Shown here in pieces: positions 1-9,303 of a DNA stretch of 64,000 bases. A program made the position numbers and the translations under genes. This stretch comes from Acidobacteriota bacterium. Lineage in GTDB: Bacteria; Acidobacteriota; Polarisedimenticolia; Polarisedimenticolales; DASRJG01. Every line of letters begins with the position of its first letter. The first letter of the stretch is position 1. The notes under the pieces are model-generated. The model was not told where the DNA came from, ran no database searches, and worked only from the letters and a program-made list of their open reading frames with translations. The DNA is taken from positions 8,965 to 72,964 of the forward strand of contig JAQBEH010000020.1 in NCBI GenBank assembly GCA_032124015.1, written 5' to 3'.

Positions 1-664
1 CGGGACGACTCCCGACGAAATCGTGGTCGACGAAGGAGGAATCCGCTACACGGCCGATCCCTGGCGGGGCCAGAAGACGGGCGCCTTTCTCGATCAGCGA
101 GAAAACCGCCTGGCCTGCCGCGCCTACGCTCGCGGGCGCGTCCTCGATGCGTTTTCGTACCATGCGTCGTTCGCGCTGCACGCGGCGTTCCAGGCTTCGG
201 AGGTCGTGGTCGTCGACGCCTCCTCGGACGCATTGACCCGCGGACGCGCGAACGCGGAGTTGAACGGCGCGACGAACCTGACGTTCGTCGAGGCGAACGC
301 GTTCGAGGACCTGCGCGAGCGCGACCGGCGGGGGGAACGATTCGATCTCGTCATGCTCGATCCTCCGGCGTTCGCGAAGAGTCGCGGCGACGTAGTGGCC
401 GCCCGGCGCGGGTACAAAGAGATCAACCTGCGAGCGTTCCGGCTGCTCGCTCCCGGCGGGGTCCTCGTCACGTCGTCCTGCTCGTACAACCTCGACGAAC
501 CGTCGTTCGAAGGCCTCGTGCGCGAGGCCGCGGCCGACGCGGGCCGGGACGTGGTGGCGCTCAAACGGAGAGGACAGGCCGCCGACCATCCCGTGCGGCT
601 GGCGTTTCCCGAGGGCCGCTATCTGAAGTGCTTCGTGCTGCGGGACGCGTCAGGGGCGCCGTGA
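1..664 (+). CDS. Class I SAM-dependent rRNA methyltransferase, RlmI/YwbD-like (C-terminal part; 5-prime end lies outside window)
   Basis: Translation contains QKTGAFLDQRENR, FDLVMLDPPAFAKSR, AARRGYKEINLRAFRLLAPGGVLVTSSCS, typical of the RlmI/RlmK PUA-SAM methyltransferase family. The reading frame is open to the window edge. Confidence 0.8.
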   Translation, partial: GTTPDEIVVDEGGIRYTADPWRGQKTGAFLDQRENRLACRAYARGRVLDAFSYHASFALHAAFQASEVVVVDASSDALTRGRANAELNGATNLTFVEANAFEDLRERDRRGERFDLVMLDPPAFAKSRGDVVAARRGYKEINLRAFRLLAPGGVLVTSSCSYNLDEPSFEGLVREAAADAGRDVVALKRRGQAADHPVRLAFPEGRYLKCFVLRDASGAP

Positions 665-3600
665 GGGGCGGCAGCGTGCTGGCCGCGGCGTTCGCCTGTG
701 CCTTGGCGACGGGCGGAACGCACGCCCAAACGCCACCCGACGCGCGATCTACGACCTGGCTGCAGCGCCGCCTCGAGACGGGCTTGGCGGAGGCGCTCGG
801 CGGAACGGTGCGGATCGGGCGGATCGACGTCGACTGGACCACGCTGTCGGCCACGGTCGGCGACGTGGCGATTGCGATCCCCGCCGGCGGAGCGCCGCCG
901 CTCACCGCCACGATCGGAGAGGGGAGAATCAAGCTCGCCTGGTCCGGGCTGAGCGGCATCGCGGGCGGGCAGGTTCACATCACCGAGCTCGTCGCGCGCA
1001 ACGCGACGTTTTCGCTCAGCCGGGAGTGGATCGACGCGTTCAAGCCGAAAGTCAGGAAGGAGGGCGGGCCGGTCGCGGTCCAGATCGACCGGCTCGTGGT
1101 CGAGGACGCCACCGCGGAGTATCTCGATGGGCACCATCACGTGCGGGTGCAGACCCACTCTTTCAATTTCCGCGGCGACTGGTCGACCTCGCGCCAGCGA
1201 CTCATCGGTGAGTTGCGCACCGAAGCCACCCTCGAGGCGCCGATCTTCAACCGCCCGTGGCCGGCTTCGGTTCGGTCGGGGTTGAGGCTCGGCGGCGGGC
1301 GACTCGAGATTTTTTCGGCGACCGCCGAGGGAGCAGGAGCCACCGCGGAGCTCACGGGAAACGTCGTGTGGGGGGTGGGCGTGTCCTTCACGGCGCAGGG
1401 CCGTTTGGACGCTGACCTCGCTGCTTTGAGCCCTTTTCTGGAGGGCCATGCCGGGCTTTCGGGCCGGGCCGAGGGACCCGTCCAGATCGTGTACACCGGC
1501 GGCGTGCCGATCCGGGTCGCGATGCAGGCGGCGACGACGGGATTTCGCGTCGGGCCGATCGCCACTGAGACCGCTCGCTGCGACCTCACGATCCGCCCGG
1601 GACACTTGGACGTCGAAAATATCGACGCGCGGGCCTACAAGGGGACCTTCGCGGGCAACGTGGGTCTCGACTTCGGCACGCCGCTCGAACTCCGGACGGA
1701 CATCTCAGGGAAGGGCGCCGATCTCTCCCGGCTGATCGCCCTCGCCGGACCGGTACTTCCGCTTGCGAGCGTCGCCGACGTGACGTTCAAGATCGTGGGC
1801 GATCCCGGGAGACTCGTGACGTGGAACGGCGGAGGGACCTTCGACGCCGTGCCTGTTTCCGCGGGTACGAGCGCGCGCATTCCCGCGGGAGGACGCGGAC
1901 GCCTGACGTTCGATTCCGGCCGCGTGCGCGTGCAAGCGGACCGTTTATCGCTGGCGGAGACGTCGTTGCGTTTCGACCTCCTGTCGGAACTCTCCGCGGC
2001 GCCGGCCAAGACCCATCTCACGGTCGACGGGACGACGCGCGACGCCCGGGTGACGCAAGACGCCGCATTGTCGATCCTCGACGCGTTCGGGGTCGAGCGG
2101 AATCGGTTCGCCCTCCTGCCTCTTCATGGAGCCGGGACCCTGCGCGCTGCGTTGAGGACCGCCGGTCGGGCCGCGACGATCGACCTGGGACTCGAGCTCG
2201 CGGAGGGCTCCTACGCCGGCGAGCCGTTCGCTTCGGCGATCCTGGATCTCGGTGTCTCACCAATCGCCGTGGACATCCGGCGCGTCGAGTTGTCCGGCGG
2301 CGGGCAGTTCTTGGCGGGGAGCGCGCGCTTCGACGCCAAGAACGGGGCGCTCGATGCGATCGACCTCACGGCCCGAGGCGTGGACATGGCGAGGCTGCTT
2401 GCGAGCGCAGGGGTCGCCGGTTCCGTCGAAGGCCGTGTCGAGGGGACGCTTCGCGGATCGCGCGAAGGCGGCGTGTTCGCAGCCCTCGGGCACGTCGCGG
2501 CGCACAGGGTCATCGTCGGTCATGAGATTGTCGACACGGTGGAGGCGCCCGTTCGTATCGAAGGGGATCAAGTCATTCTCGACGGGCTCGTCGCGCGGAG
2601 TGACGGCTTCGATGCCAGCGGACGCGTGACCTACGCCGTCGCGAAGGGCGAAGTCGAGGTGGAGATCGACGCGGCGACCATAGACCTTGCGCGCAACCGC
2701 ACGGTTGCCGACGCGGGCCTGACCGCGCAAGGGACGATTCATGCGTTGGGTTCGATGACGATCACGAAAGACGGTCCCAACGGGCGATTTGGGCTCACGG
2801 CGAGCGACCTCCTCCTGGATACGGGCCGCAGCGGATTACGTGAGATCCAACTCGGGAACCTGACCGGCGAGGCGACGATCTTGCCGATCGGACTCGAGTT
2901 CGCCGTCGCTTCGCGGCCTTCCGCATGGACCTTCGAGGGGTTCTTGGGCTTTGCGCCCAAACTGCCGCTTTCGGCCGTGCTGTATTTCGAAAACCTGGTC
3001 GTGGGGGCCGGGGGTGTTTTCGGAGAAAGCATCGACCTGACGTTGAAGGGGCAGGTCCACGCGGAAGGCGATCTGACGGAACCCCGCGCGATGGCGATCA
3101 ACGGCGTCTTCGACGAGACTGACGTCCGGCTCGGGCTGCGGGTCGTTCGCTCCCTCGAGCCGTTTCCCCTGCGCCTCGACGGCGGGCGCTTCGTGCTCGG
3201 CCCATCGCGGTTTTCCGGTGACGCCGCGGAGGTCGAACTCGCCGCGAGCGGATCGGTCGAGGGAGGAGACGTCGCGGGGTACCTCCGGGGGACGCTCGAC
3301 CTGGCGGTCGCGTCGTCGCTGTGGTCCGAGATCCGCGGCGGCGGGACGCTCACCATCGACGCGACCCTCGCCGGTACGTTCGAGCGCCCCGACCTTGAAG
3401 GCCGCGTCGCCGTGCGTGACGGTCGCCTGCGTCTGATCGGCTATCCGCAGTCTTTGGAGTCGATCGATGCGGACGCGGTGCTCGCGGGGCAGACGCTCAC
3501 GCTTTCGTCGTTTCACGCCCTCCAGGGCGGGGGAGAGATCTCGGCGACGGGGAGCGTGGAGTTCGAAGGTGTCGTTCCCAAGTCCCTTCGGGCCGAGTTC

Positions 3601-6600
3601 ACGGGCGCAAACGTCAGCGCGAAATTTCCCGAGGGGTTCAAAGGGACCTACGAGGGCCGCATCGAGGTCGAGGGAACGCCAAAGCGCGCGAAGATCTCAG
3701 GACGGGTCGACGTCGTGCGGGGTTTGTACTCCAAGGACTTCGACGTCGGTCTTTTCGCTGGGGCGCAACGCGAGTTCGACGCCGCGGCCGAGTCGCCGTT
3801 TCCTCGCAATCTCTTTCTCGACGTCGACGTCGTGGCGCCGGGTAACGTCTGGCTTCGCAACGACGTGGCCGCCGTCGAGGCGGAGGGGCAGATTCATCTC
3901 GGAGGCGAGCTGGCGCGCCCGGAGGTGACCGGACATTTCAACCTGGTGCCCGGCGGCGTCGTCACCTATCGGGACGTGAAGTATCGCATCGACTACGGAA
4001 CGGTGAATTTGACCGATCCGAAGCGCATCAACCCGTACCTCGAATTTCGCGGCCGCACTCGCGTTGCGGAGTACGACATCACGCTGCGCATCGCGGGTAC
4101 GCTCGACAAATTCGATTACGAGCTGGCCTCCACGCCGCCGCTCGACTCGCAGGACATCATCTCGCTTCTCGTCACAGGAAAGACGCTCGGCACGCTGGGC
4201 GATTCGGCCACCGCCGCGGCGCTTCCGACGGACATGGCCGCCTACTACTTCGCCGGCCTGCTGAGTTCGACGTTCGGAAAACAGATTGAGAGCTCGCTCG
4301 GGATCGATCAACTGGCGATCACTCCGCAGTTGCTGAAGGGGGAGTCCGATCCGACCGCGCGTGTCACGGTCGGCAAACACGTGAGCGACTCCGTGAAGGT
4401 CTCGTTCTCCCAGGATATCGGAACCGCTCAGAAGCAGACCTACTCGGTGTCTTGGGACGCTTCGCGGCGCATCCGCCTGGTCGTCGAGGACGACACGGAG
4501 TCCGGAATCGGCGGCGAATTGCAGTACGCCCAGCAGTTCGGCGGGACACCGATCGGCGGCGGGAAGGGCGGCGCGTTGGGAACGGTCGCATCCGTCGAGG
4601 TGATGACGGCCGACGGGGCGCCGCTTTCGGATCTCGTCAAACGAGCGAAAATCAAGGTCGGCGAACCTTTCGACCGCGGCCGGATGCTCCAGGGGGGCGA
4701 TCGCATTCGCGCCGCACTCCTGAAGGCAGGCTTCATCCAGGCCACCGTCCGCGCCGAGGCGGTGGTCGACGAAGGCCCGCCGCTTACGCGGCGGATCGTC
4801 TACCGCGTTGTGCCGGGACCGCCGGTCACGGTCGAGTTGGTCATGAGCGACGGCAAGGGGAAGCGAAAGGCTCGGAAATCGCTCAAGGCCTTCTGGCGCG
4901 AGACGATGTACACGCCGGATTTCTGGGAAGAAGCGGTCGATGCCCTGCTCGCCGACTATCGAGATCGCGGCTACTACGCCGCCGATGTCACGTGGCAGAC
5001 GGCGGACAGCCCGTCCGGGCGAACGGTGCGCATTCTCGTGGATCGCGGAAAACCGGTGCGCCTGCGTTCGGTGCGCTTCGAGGGAGGCACGTCGATCCCG
5101 CGGGAGCGCATCGACAAGCAGATGACCTGCCTGAAGAGCCAGGGGCTGCGCAAGCCTCGCCTCGAACCGTCGGTGCTGGCGGATGACCTCGCCTCGGTCA
5201 GGGCTCTTTACCGCGAGGAGGGGTTCACACGCGTGCGCATCGGACTGCCGCGGATCACGCTGTCCGCGACGGGCGAGAGCGCCGAGGTCGATGTCGCCAT
5301 CGACGAAGGACCGCGATTCACGGTCGGCACGGTCGGCTATTCGGGAGGGGACGCCCTGTCGGAAGAGCAGCTGCGCGCATCGACGTCGATCGAGCCCGGA
5401 ACGACGTTTTCGCCGCGCCGGCTCGCCGAGGTCGAACAGACGCTGAGGGAGCGATTCGACGCGCTCGGCTATCCCGACACGAGCGTCGAGTCCCGCGTCG
5501 AGCTCGTGGGGGATCGCGCGAACATCCTCTTCGAGATCGCTTCAGGCAGCCGCAAGGAGGTTGGCGAGATCGCGATCGAAGGGAACCGCGTCACCAAGGA
5601 CAAGACGATCGCAAAAGCGCTGACCTTCGGGGTCGGCCAGGTCGTCTCGAAACAGGCGCTCCTCGAGAGCCAGCAACGACTCTATCGAACCGGGCTCTTT
5701 TCCAGCGTCAAACTCTCGTGCGTTCCCGAAGGAGGCGCTGACGCGAGCGCCCAAGTCGTGACCGTGAAGGTCACGGAGGCGCCGCCATTCGCGCTTGGTC
5801 TCGGCGTGGGATACGACTCGACCGACGGCCCGGGGGCGAGCTTCCTTCTCGGGTACTCGAACCTCGGCGGACGCAACGTGGCGATCGCGCTGCAGGGCCG
5901 ATTCAACCGCAATGAGACTCGGGGGCTTCTCACGATTCGGAGAAGGCGCGTGTTCGGAAACACGATCGACTCACTCGGCTCGTTGCTCTATGAAAGGCAG
6001 GTCCAGGACGGGTTCTCCACGCTGCAAACTACGGCCTCGATCCGGTTGGAACAGCGGCCGAAGCCGCGGTGGATTCGCTACCTCCGGTATAGCATCCAGG
6101 AGGCCCGAGTTACCGACATCACCGATGCCGAGGCGGCGCTCGAGCAGATCTTCAAGGACAAATTGTCGAGCGTGCGGCTCGCCAATGCGAGCCTCGGAAT
6201 CGTCCGGGATACGCGCGACGACGCCTTTCTCCCGACCCGAGGAGGTTATGCCTCGATCGAGGGCACCGTCTTTGCGAGAGCGCTCGGATCCGAGGCGTCT
6301 TTGCTCCAGTCGTTCCTGCGCGGATCGTGGACTTACTCGGCCAAGCGAGGCGGGCGTTTCGCGACGTTCCTCCGCATCGGCGCCGAGCAACCCTTCGCCG
6401 ACACCGACATCGTCCCGCTCTCCGAGCGCTACTTCGCCGGCGGAATCAACACGCTACGCGGTTTCGCCACGGACTCGGTCGGTGGGTTGGTCATCCCTCG
6501 TGACCCAAACCAGCCCGATGGCCCGAGTGTCAACATCGGAGGCGAAGCGATCTTCTTGTTCAACCAGGAGTGGCACTTCCCCATCTGGAAGAGTTTGCGT

Positions 6601-6801
6601 GGGGAGCTGTTCCTCGACGTCGGAAACGTCTACCCGACGATCAGCGACTTCGACCTGACCGAGCTGCGCTACGACGCCGGCGTCGGCCTCCGCCTCGAGA
6701 CGCCGATCGGGCCGATCCGCCTCGAGTACGGGTGGAAGCTCGATCGGCAACCGGGCGAGAGCCCAGGCGAGTTGATCTTCGCGATCGGAACGCTGTTCTG
6801 A
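661..6801 (+). CDS. TamB/AsmA-like translocation-assembly protein fused in frame to POTRA repeats and an Omp85 (BamA/TamA-type) beta-barrel
   Basis: One uninterrupted ORF (track 628..6801). GTG 661 overlaps the upstream stop as GTGA; GTG 628 is an alternative start. N-terminal signal/anchor SVLAAAFACALATGGTHA. Long TamB-like body ends in a DUF490-like block (VGKHVSDSVKVSFSQDIG...GGELQYAQQF, ends about 4538). A Gly-rich linker follows, then about five POTRA-like repeats (about 4585-5780). The Omp85-type barrel ends ...LIFAIGTLF. Confidence 0.8.
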   Translation: MRGGSVLAAAFACALATGGTHAQTPPDARSTTWLQRRLETGLAEALGGTVRIGRIDVDWTTLSATVGDVAIAIPAGGAPPLTATIGEGRIKLAWSGLSGIAGGQVHITELVARNATFSLSREWIDAFKPKVRKEGGPVAVQIDRLVVEDATAEYLDGHHHVRVQTHSFNFRGDWSTSRQRLIGELRTEATLEAPIFNRPWPASVRSGLRLGGGRLEIFSATAEGAGATAELTGNVVWGVGVSFTAQGRLDADLAALSPFLEGHAGLSGRAEGPVQIVYTGGVPIRVAMQAATTGFRVGPIATETARCDLTIRPGHLDVENIDARAYKGTFAGNVGLDFGTPLELRTDISGKGADLSRLIALAGPVLPLASVADVTFKIVGDPGRLVTWNGGGTFDAVPVSAGTSARIPAGGRGRLTFDSGRVRVQADRLSLAETSLRFDLLSELSAAPAKTHLTVDGTTRDARVTQDAALSILDAFGVERNRFALLPLHGAGTLRAALRTAGRAATIDLGLELAEGSYAGEPFASAILDLGVSPIAVDIRRVELSGGGQFLAGSARFDAKNGALDAIDLTARGVDMARLLASAGVAGSVEGRVEGTLRGSREGGVFAALGHVAAHRVIVGHEIVDTVEAPVRIEGDQVILDGLVARSDGFDASGRVTYAVAKGEVEVEIDAATIDLARNRTVADAGLTAQGTIHALGSMTITKDGPNGRFGLTASDLLLDTGRSGLREIQLGNLTGEATILPIGLEFAVASRPSAWTFEGFLGFAPKLPLSAVLYFENLVVGAGGVFGESIDLTLKGQVHAEGDLTEPRAMAINGVFDETDVRLGLRVVRSLEPFPLRLDGGRFVLGPSRFSGDAAEVELAASGSVEGGDVAGYLRGTLDLAVASSLWSEIRGGGTLTIDATLAGTFERPDLEGRVAVRDGRLRLIGYPQSLESIDADAVLAGQTLTLSSFHALQGGGEISATGSVEFEGVVPKSLRAEFTGANVSAKFPEGFKGTYEGRIEVEGTPKRAKISGRVDVVRGLYSKDFDVGLFAGAQREFDAAAESPFPRNLFLDVDVVAPGNVWLRNDVAAVEAEGQIHLGGELARPEVTGHFNLVPGGVVTYRDVKYRIDYGTVNLTDPKRINPYLEFRGRTRVAEYDITLRIAGTLDKFDYELASTPPLDSQDIISLLVTGKTLGTLGDSATAAALPTDMAAYYFAGLLSSTFGKQIESSLGIDQLAITPQLLKGESDPTARVTVGKHVSDSVKVSFSQDIGTAQKQTYSVSWDASRRIRLVVEDDTESGIGGELQYAQQFGGTPIGGGKGGALGTVASVEVMTADGAPLSDLVKRAKIKVGEPFDRGRMLQGGDRIRAALLKAGFIQATVRAEAVVDEGPPLTRRIVYRVVPGPPVTVELVMSDGKGKRKARKSLKAFWRETMYTPDFWEEAVDALLADYRDRGYYAADVTWQTADSPSGRTVRILVDRGKPVRLRSVRFEGGTSIPRERIDKQMTCLKSQGLRKPRLEPSVLADDLASVRALYREEGFTRVRIGLPRITLSATGESAEVDVAIDEGPRFTVGTVGYSGGDALSEEQLRASTSIEPGTTFSPRRLAEVEQTLRERFDALGYPDTSVESRVELVGDRANILFEIASGSRKEVGEIAIEGNRVTKDKTIAKALTFGVGQVVSKQALLESQQRLYRTGLFSSVKLSCVPEGGADASAQVVTVKVTEAPPFALGLGVGYDSTDGPGASFLLGYSNLGGRNVAIALQGRFNRNETRGLLTIRRRRVFGNTIDSLGSLLYERQVQDGFSTLQTTASIRLEQRPKPRWIRYLRYSIQEARVTDITDAEAALEQIFKDKLSSVRLANASLGIVRDTRDDAFLPTRGGYASIEGTVFARALGSEASLLQSFLRGSWTYSAKRGGRFATFLRIGAEQPFADTDIVPLSERYFAGGINTLRGFATDSVGGLVIPRDPNQPDGPSVNIGGEAIFLFNQEWHFPIWKSLRGELFLDVGNVYPTISDFDLTELRYDAGVGLRLETPIGPIRLEYGWKLDRQPGESPGELIFAIGTLF

Positions 6802-6828
6802 TCGGTGATTCCGGGAGAAAAAACAGCC

Positions 6829-6870
6829 GCCGCCGGCAGAAGCGGGGGAATGGGGGGGGGTGCCGGCGGC
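6829..6870. terminator. GC-rich hairpin between convergent genes (possible bidirectional terminator)
   Basis: gccgccggca (6829-6838) is complementary to tgccggcggc (6861-6870). The 22-nt loop contains a G9 run. No clear U-tract. Confidence 0.3.
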
Positions 6871-6893
6871 GACCGTTGGGTGGGGCGTGATCG

Positions 6894-7253
6894 TCAGGCC
6901 AAGGAGAAGCGGAGGTTGCCGCGCTGGGGGCCGAGGCAAACCCGGAGTTTCTGCTTCGCTTCGCGTTCGAGTTGTCGGACTCGCTCCCGGCTGAGGTTCA
7001 TTCTCTTTCCGATCTCCTCGAGCGTTTGCTCCTGACCGCCGAGAAGGCCGAAACGGTTCCTAATGATGTGGAGCTCGCGCTCGTCCAGGCGTCCGAGAGC
7101 CCGCTGGACGATCGCTCCGACCTCGCGGTTGTAGATCTTTTCTTCTTGATTTTCCGACTGGGTGTCGGCGAGGAGGGTCGAAAACCGGCATTCTTCGTCC
7201 GAATCCACGTAGTCATCTATCGAGAGCTCTTTTTGTAGCAGCGGGAAGATCAT
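6894..7253 (-). CDS. Stand-alone sigma-70 region 3.2-4.2 protein (119 aa; truncated sigma-like)
   Basis: ATG at 7253 is preceded by GGAGAA. MIFPLLQKELSIDDYVDSDEE...RELHIIRNRFGLLGGQEQTLEEIGKRMNLSRERVRQLEREAKQKL aligns with the C-terminal third of the full sigma at 57428..58285. No region 2 is encoded upstream in any frame. The track ORF extension to 7481 has no sigma similarity. Confidence 0.6.
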   Translation of the reverse strand: MIFPLLQKELSIDDYVDSDEECRFSTLLADTQSENQEEKIYNREVGAIVQRALGRLDERELHIIRNRFGLLGGQEQTLEEIGKRMNLSRERVRQLEREAKQKLRVCLGPQRGNLRFSLA

Positions 7254-7542
7254 CACGTTCTCCTGAGGTGCCCCTCGGCAGGGATGTAAAGCAACAGGCG
7301 TGCCGAGTCTTAATCCGCCGCCGCTCGCCTGCGGGGCACGACCCGCGGGACCAAATGTGCCCGCAAACAGGGAGTTACCAGGCCTGCCGTGGGCAGGCGA
7401 AAGTCGATTCATTTCATGGTGATTCAGCTCAGGCCCAGGCGTGTCGCGCCGCGCTGGCGCTCGTCGCCCGCGCCCATGCAAGAATGGCGCGCTTCGGGCG
7501 GCTGCGGATTTGGACGCGGCGCTACGGCGGAGCGGAGGCTGC

Positions 7543-9291
7543 GTGGGTCGGATCCGCGTCCTGGATGATCACCTCGTCAATCGCATCGCCGCCGGCGAAG
7601 TCGTCGAACGGCCCGCCGCGGTCGTCAAGGAACTCGTCGAGAACAGCTTGGACGCCGGGGCCGGTTCGATCGAAGTCCGCGTCGAAGACGGAGGCCGGAG
7701 GAGGATCATCGTTGCCGACGACGGAGAGGGGATGGAGCGCGACGACGCGCTTCTCGCCCTGGAACGGCACGCCACGAGCAAACTCCGCAGCTTCGAGGAC
7801 CTCGCGGCCATCGCCACCTTGGGATTTCGCGGGGAAGCGCTCCCGAGCATCGCCGCGGTTTCCCGTTTTCTCATTCGCACCGCGGCACGCGATGGGTTCG
7901 GCACCGAGATCGAAGTGCGGGCCGGAAGGATCAGTGGCGTACGCGAAGTGGAACGGGGGCGAGGCACGACGACGGAAGTGGGCGGGATCTTTTTCAACGT
8001 GCCCGCGCGGCGAAAGTTCCTGCGAGCGGCTCCGACGGAGCTCGCTCACATCGTCCGTACGGTCGCCCACTACGCGCTGGCGCACCCGTCGGTGCGGTTC
8101 GTCCTCGAACACGAGGGGAGACGTCTGATCGAAGCAGCGAAGGCGGCCGACCGGGCCGAGCGCATCGCCCAGGTCCACGGGCGCGAGCTCGCGGCCAAGC
8201 TGGTGCCGTTCGACGCGGAAAGCTCCGGGATTCGAGCGAGCGGATTCGCGGGCCGGCCGGTCGACGCGCTGGCCCGCCGCGACGTCCAGCACGTCTTCGT
8301 GAACGGCCGCCTCGTGCAGGACCGGGTTTTGGCGCACGCGATCGCCGCGGCGTACGGCAACACGCTGGCCCGTGGCCTCTACCCCGCGATGCTCCTTTTC
8401 GTCGACCTCGACCCCTCCCGGGTCGACGTCAACGTGCATCCCCAAAAAACCGAGGTGCGTTTCGACCGATCCTCCGACGTGCATGACGCGGTGCGAGCCG
8501 CCGTCGCCGCAGCACTTTCGCACGAAACCGCAGTGCCGCACCTTCAAGACCTGAGACCCGGGACGGGCGCGCCCGCACCTTCCGCTTCTTTCGCAGCGGC
8601 GCTGATCCGTAGTGAGGCCGTGGCCGAGTTCCCGGCGCGAGCCTACGGGCCGCAGGGTGGTGCGTCGGCACCGAGCCTGCTCGACGAGGGGAGCGCCGCG
8701 GTCGATCCCGGCCGCCGGGCGGTGCCGTTGGCGCAGTACAAAGATTCCTACATCGTCGCGCAGGATCGGGAGGGGCTATTGATCGTCGATCAGCACGTCG
8801 CTCACGAACGCGTCCTGTTCGAGCGCTACCTAGGAGAAACGGAGCGCGGCGACGTTCACGTGCAGCGCCTCCTTTTCCCGAAAACGATCGAGTTGTCGGC
8901 CGATGAGGCGGTGGTTTTCGCAGCTGAGGCGGGGGAGTTCGCGCGCCTCGGTTTTCTGCTGGAACCGTTCGGCGGGAACGCAGTGAAACTGGACGGCGTT
9001 CCGGCATTCGCCAAGGACGTGGCTCCCGATCGCCTGCTGCGCGAGCTCCTCGGGGAAGCCGCGAGAACGCGTAGCGCGGCGACCGGTGCCGAGGAGTTGC
9101 GCCGGCGGCTGGTGACGAGCGCTTCCTGTCAAGCGGCGATCAAGGTCAACTACCCCCTGGCCCGCGAGGGGATGCAGCGCCTTTTGGATGACCTCTTTCA
9201 GACCGAAAATCCGACGACCTGTCCTCACGGGCGGCCGATCATCTTCAGGCTCACACTGGACGAGATCGAAAGAGCCTTCAGGCGACGCTGA
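7543..9291 (+). CDS. mutL: DNA mismatch repair protein MutL
   Basis: IRVLDDHLVNRIAAGEVVERPAAVVKELVENSLDAGA (GHKL ATPase N-terminus). C-terminal dimerisation/endonuclease region includes ...ACQAAIKVN...CPHGRP. GTG 7543 follows GGAGG; the track ATG 7441 would add a non-homologous extension. Confidence 0.9.
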   Translation: MGRIRVLDDHLVNRIAAGEVVERPAAVVKELVENSLDAGAGSIEVRVEDGGRRRIIVADDGEGMERDDALLALERHATSKLRSFEDLAAIATLGFRGEALPSIAAVSRFLIRTAARDGFGTEIEVRAGRISGVREVERGRGTTTEVGGIFFNVPARRKFLRAAPTELAHIVRTVAHYALAHPSVRFVLEHEGRRLIEAAKAADRAERIAQVHGRELAAKLVPFDAESSGIRASGFAGRPVDALARRDVQHVFVNGRLVQDRVLAHAIAAAYGNTLARGLYPAMLLFVDLDPSRVDVNVHPQKTEVRFDRSSDVHDAVRAAVAAALSHETAVPHLQDLRPGTGAPAPSASFAAALIRSEAVAEFPARAYGPQGGASAPSLLDEGSAAVDPGRRAVPLAQYKDSYIVAQDREGLLIVDQHVAHERVLFERYLGETERGDVHVQRLLFPKTIELSADEAVVFAAEAGEFARLGFLLEPFGGNAVKLDGVPAFAKDVAPDRLLRELLGEAARTRSAATGAEELRRRLVTSASCQAAIKVNYPLAREGMQRLLDDLFQTENPTTCPHGRPIIFRLTLDEIERAFRRR

Positions 9292-9303
9292 TCGCCCCCC
9301 TTG

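Noticed and set aside
6852-6860. G9 homopolymer (and a G8 run at 54842-54849) as phase-variation slippage sites
   Set aside because: The G9 run is intergenic, in a hairpin loop. The G8 run lies 11 codons from the end of its gene, so slippage would have little effect. There is no evidence of variability from a single sequence.
7441-7542. ATG 7441 as the mutL start
   Set aside because: It would add 34 residues with no MutL homology and overlap the divergent leader. GTG 7543, preceded by GGAGG, begins right at the conserved IRVLDD N-terminus.
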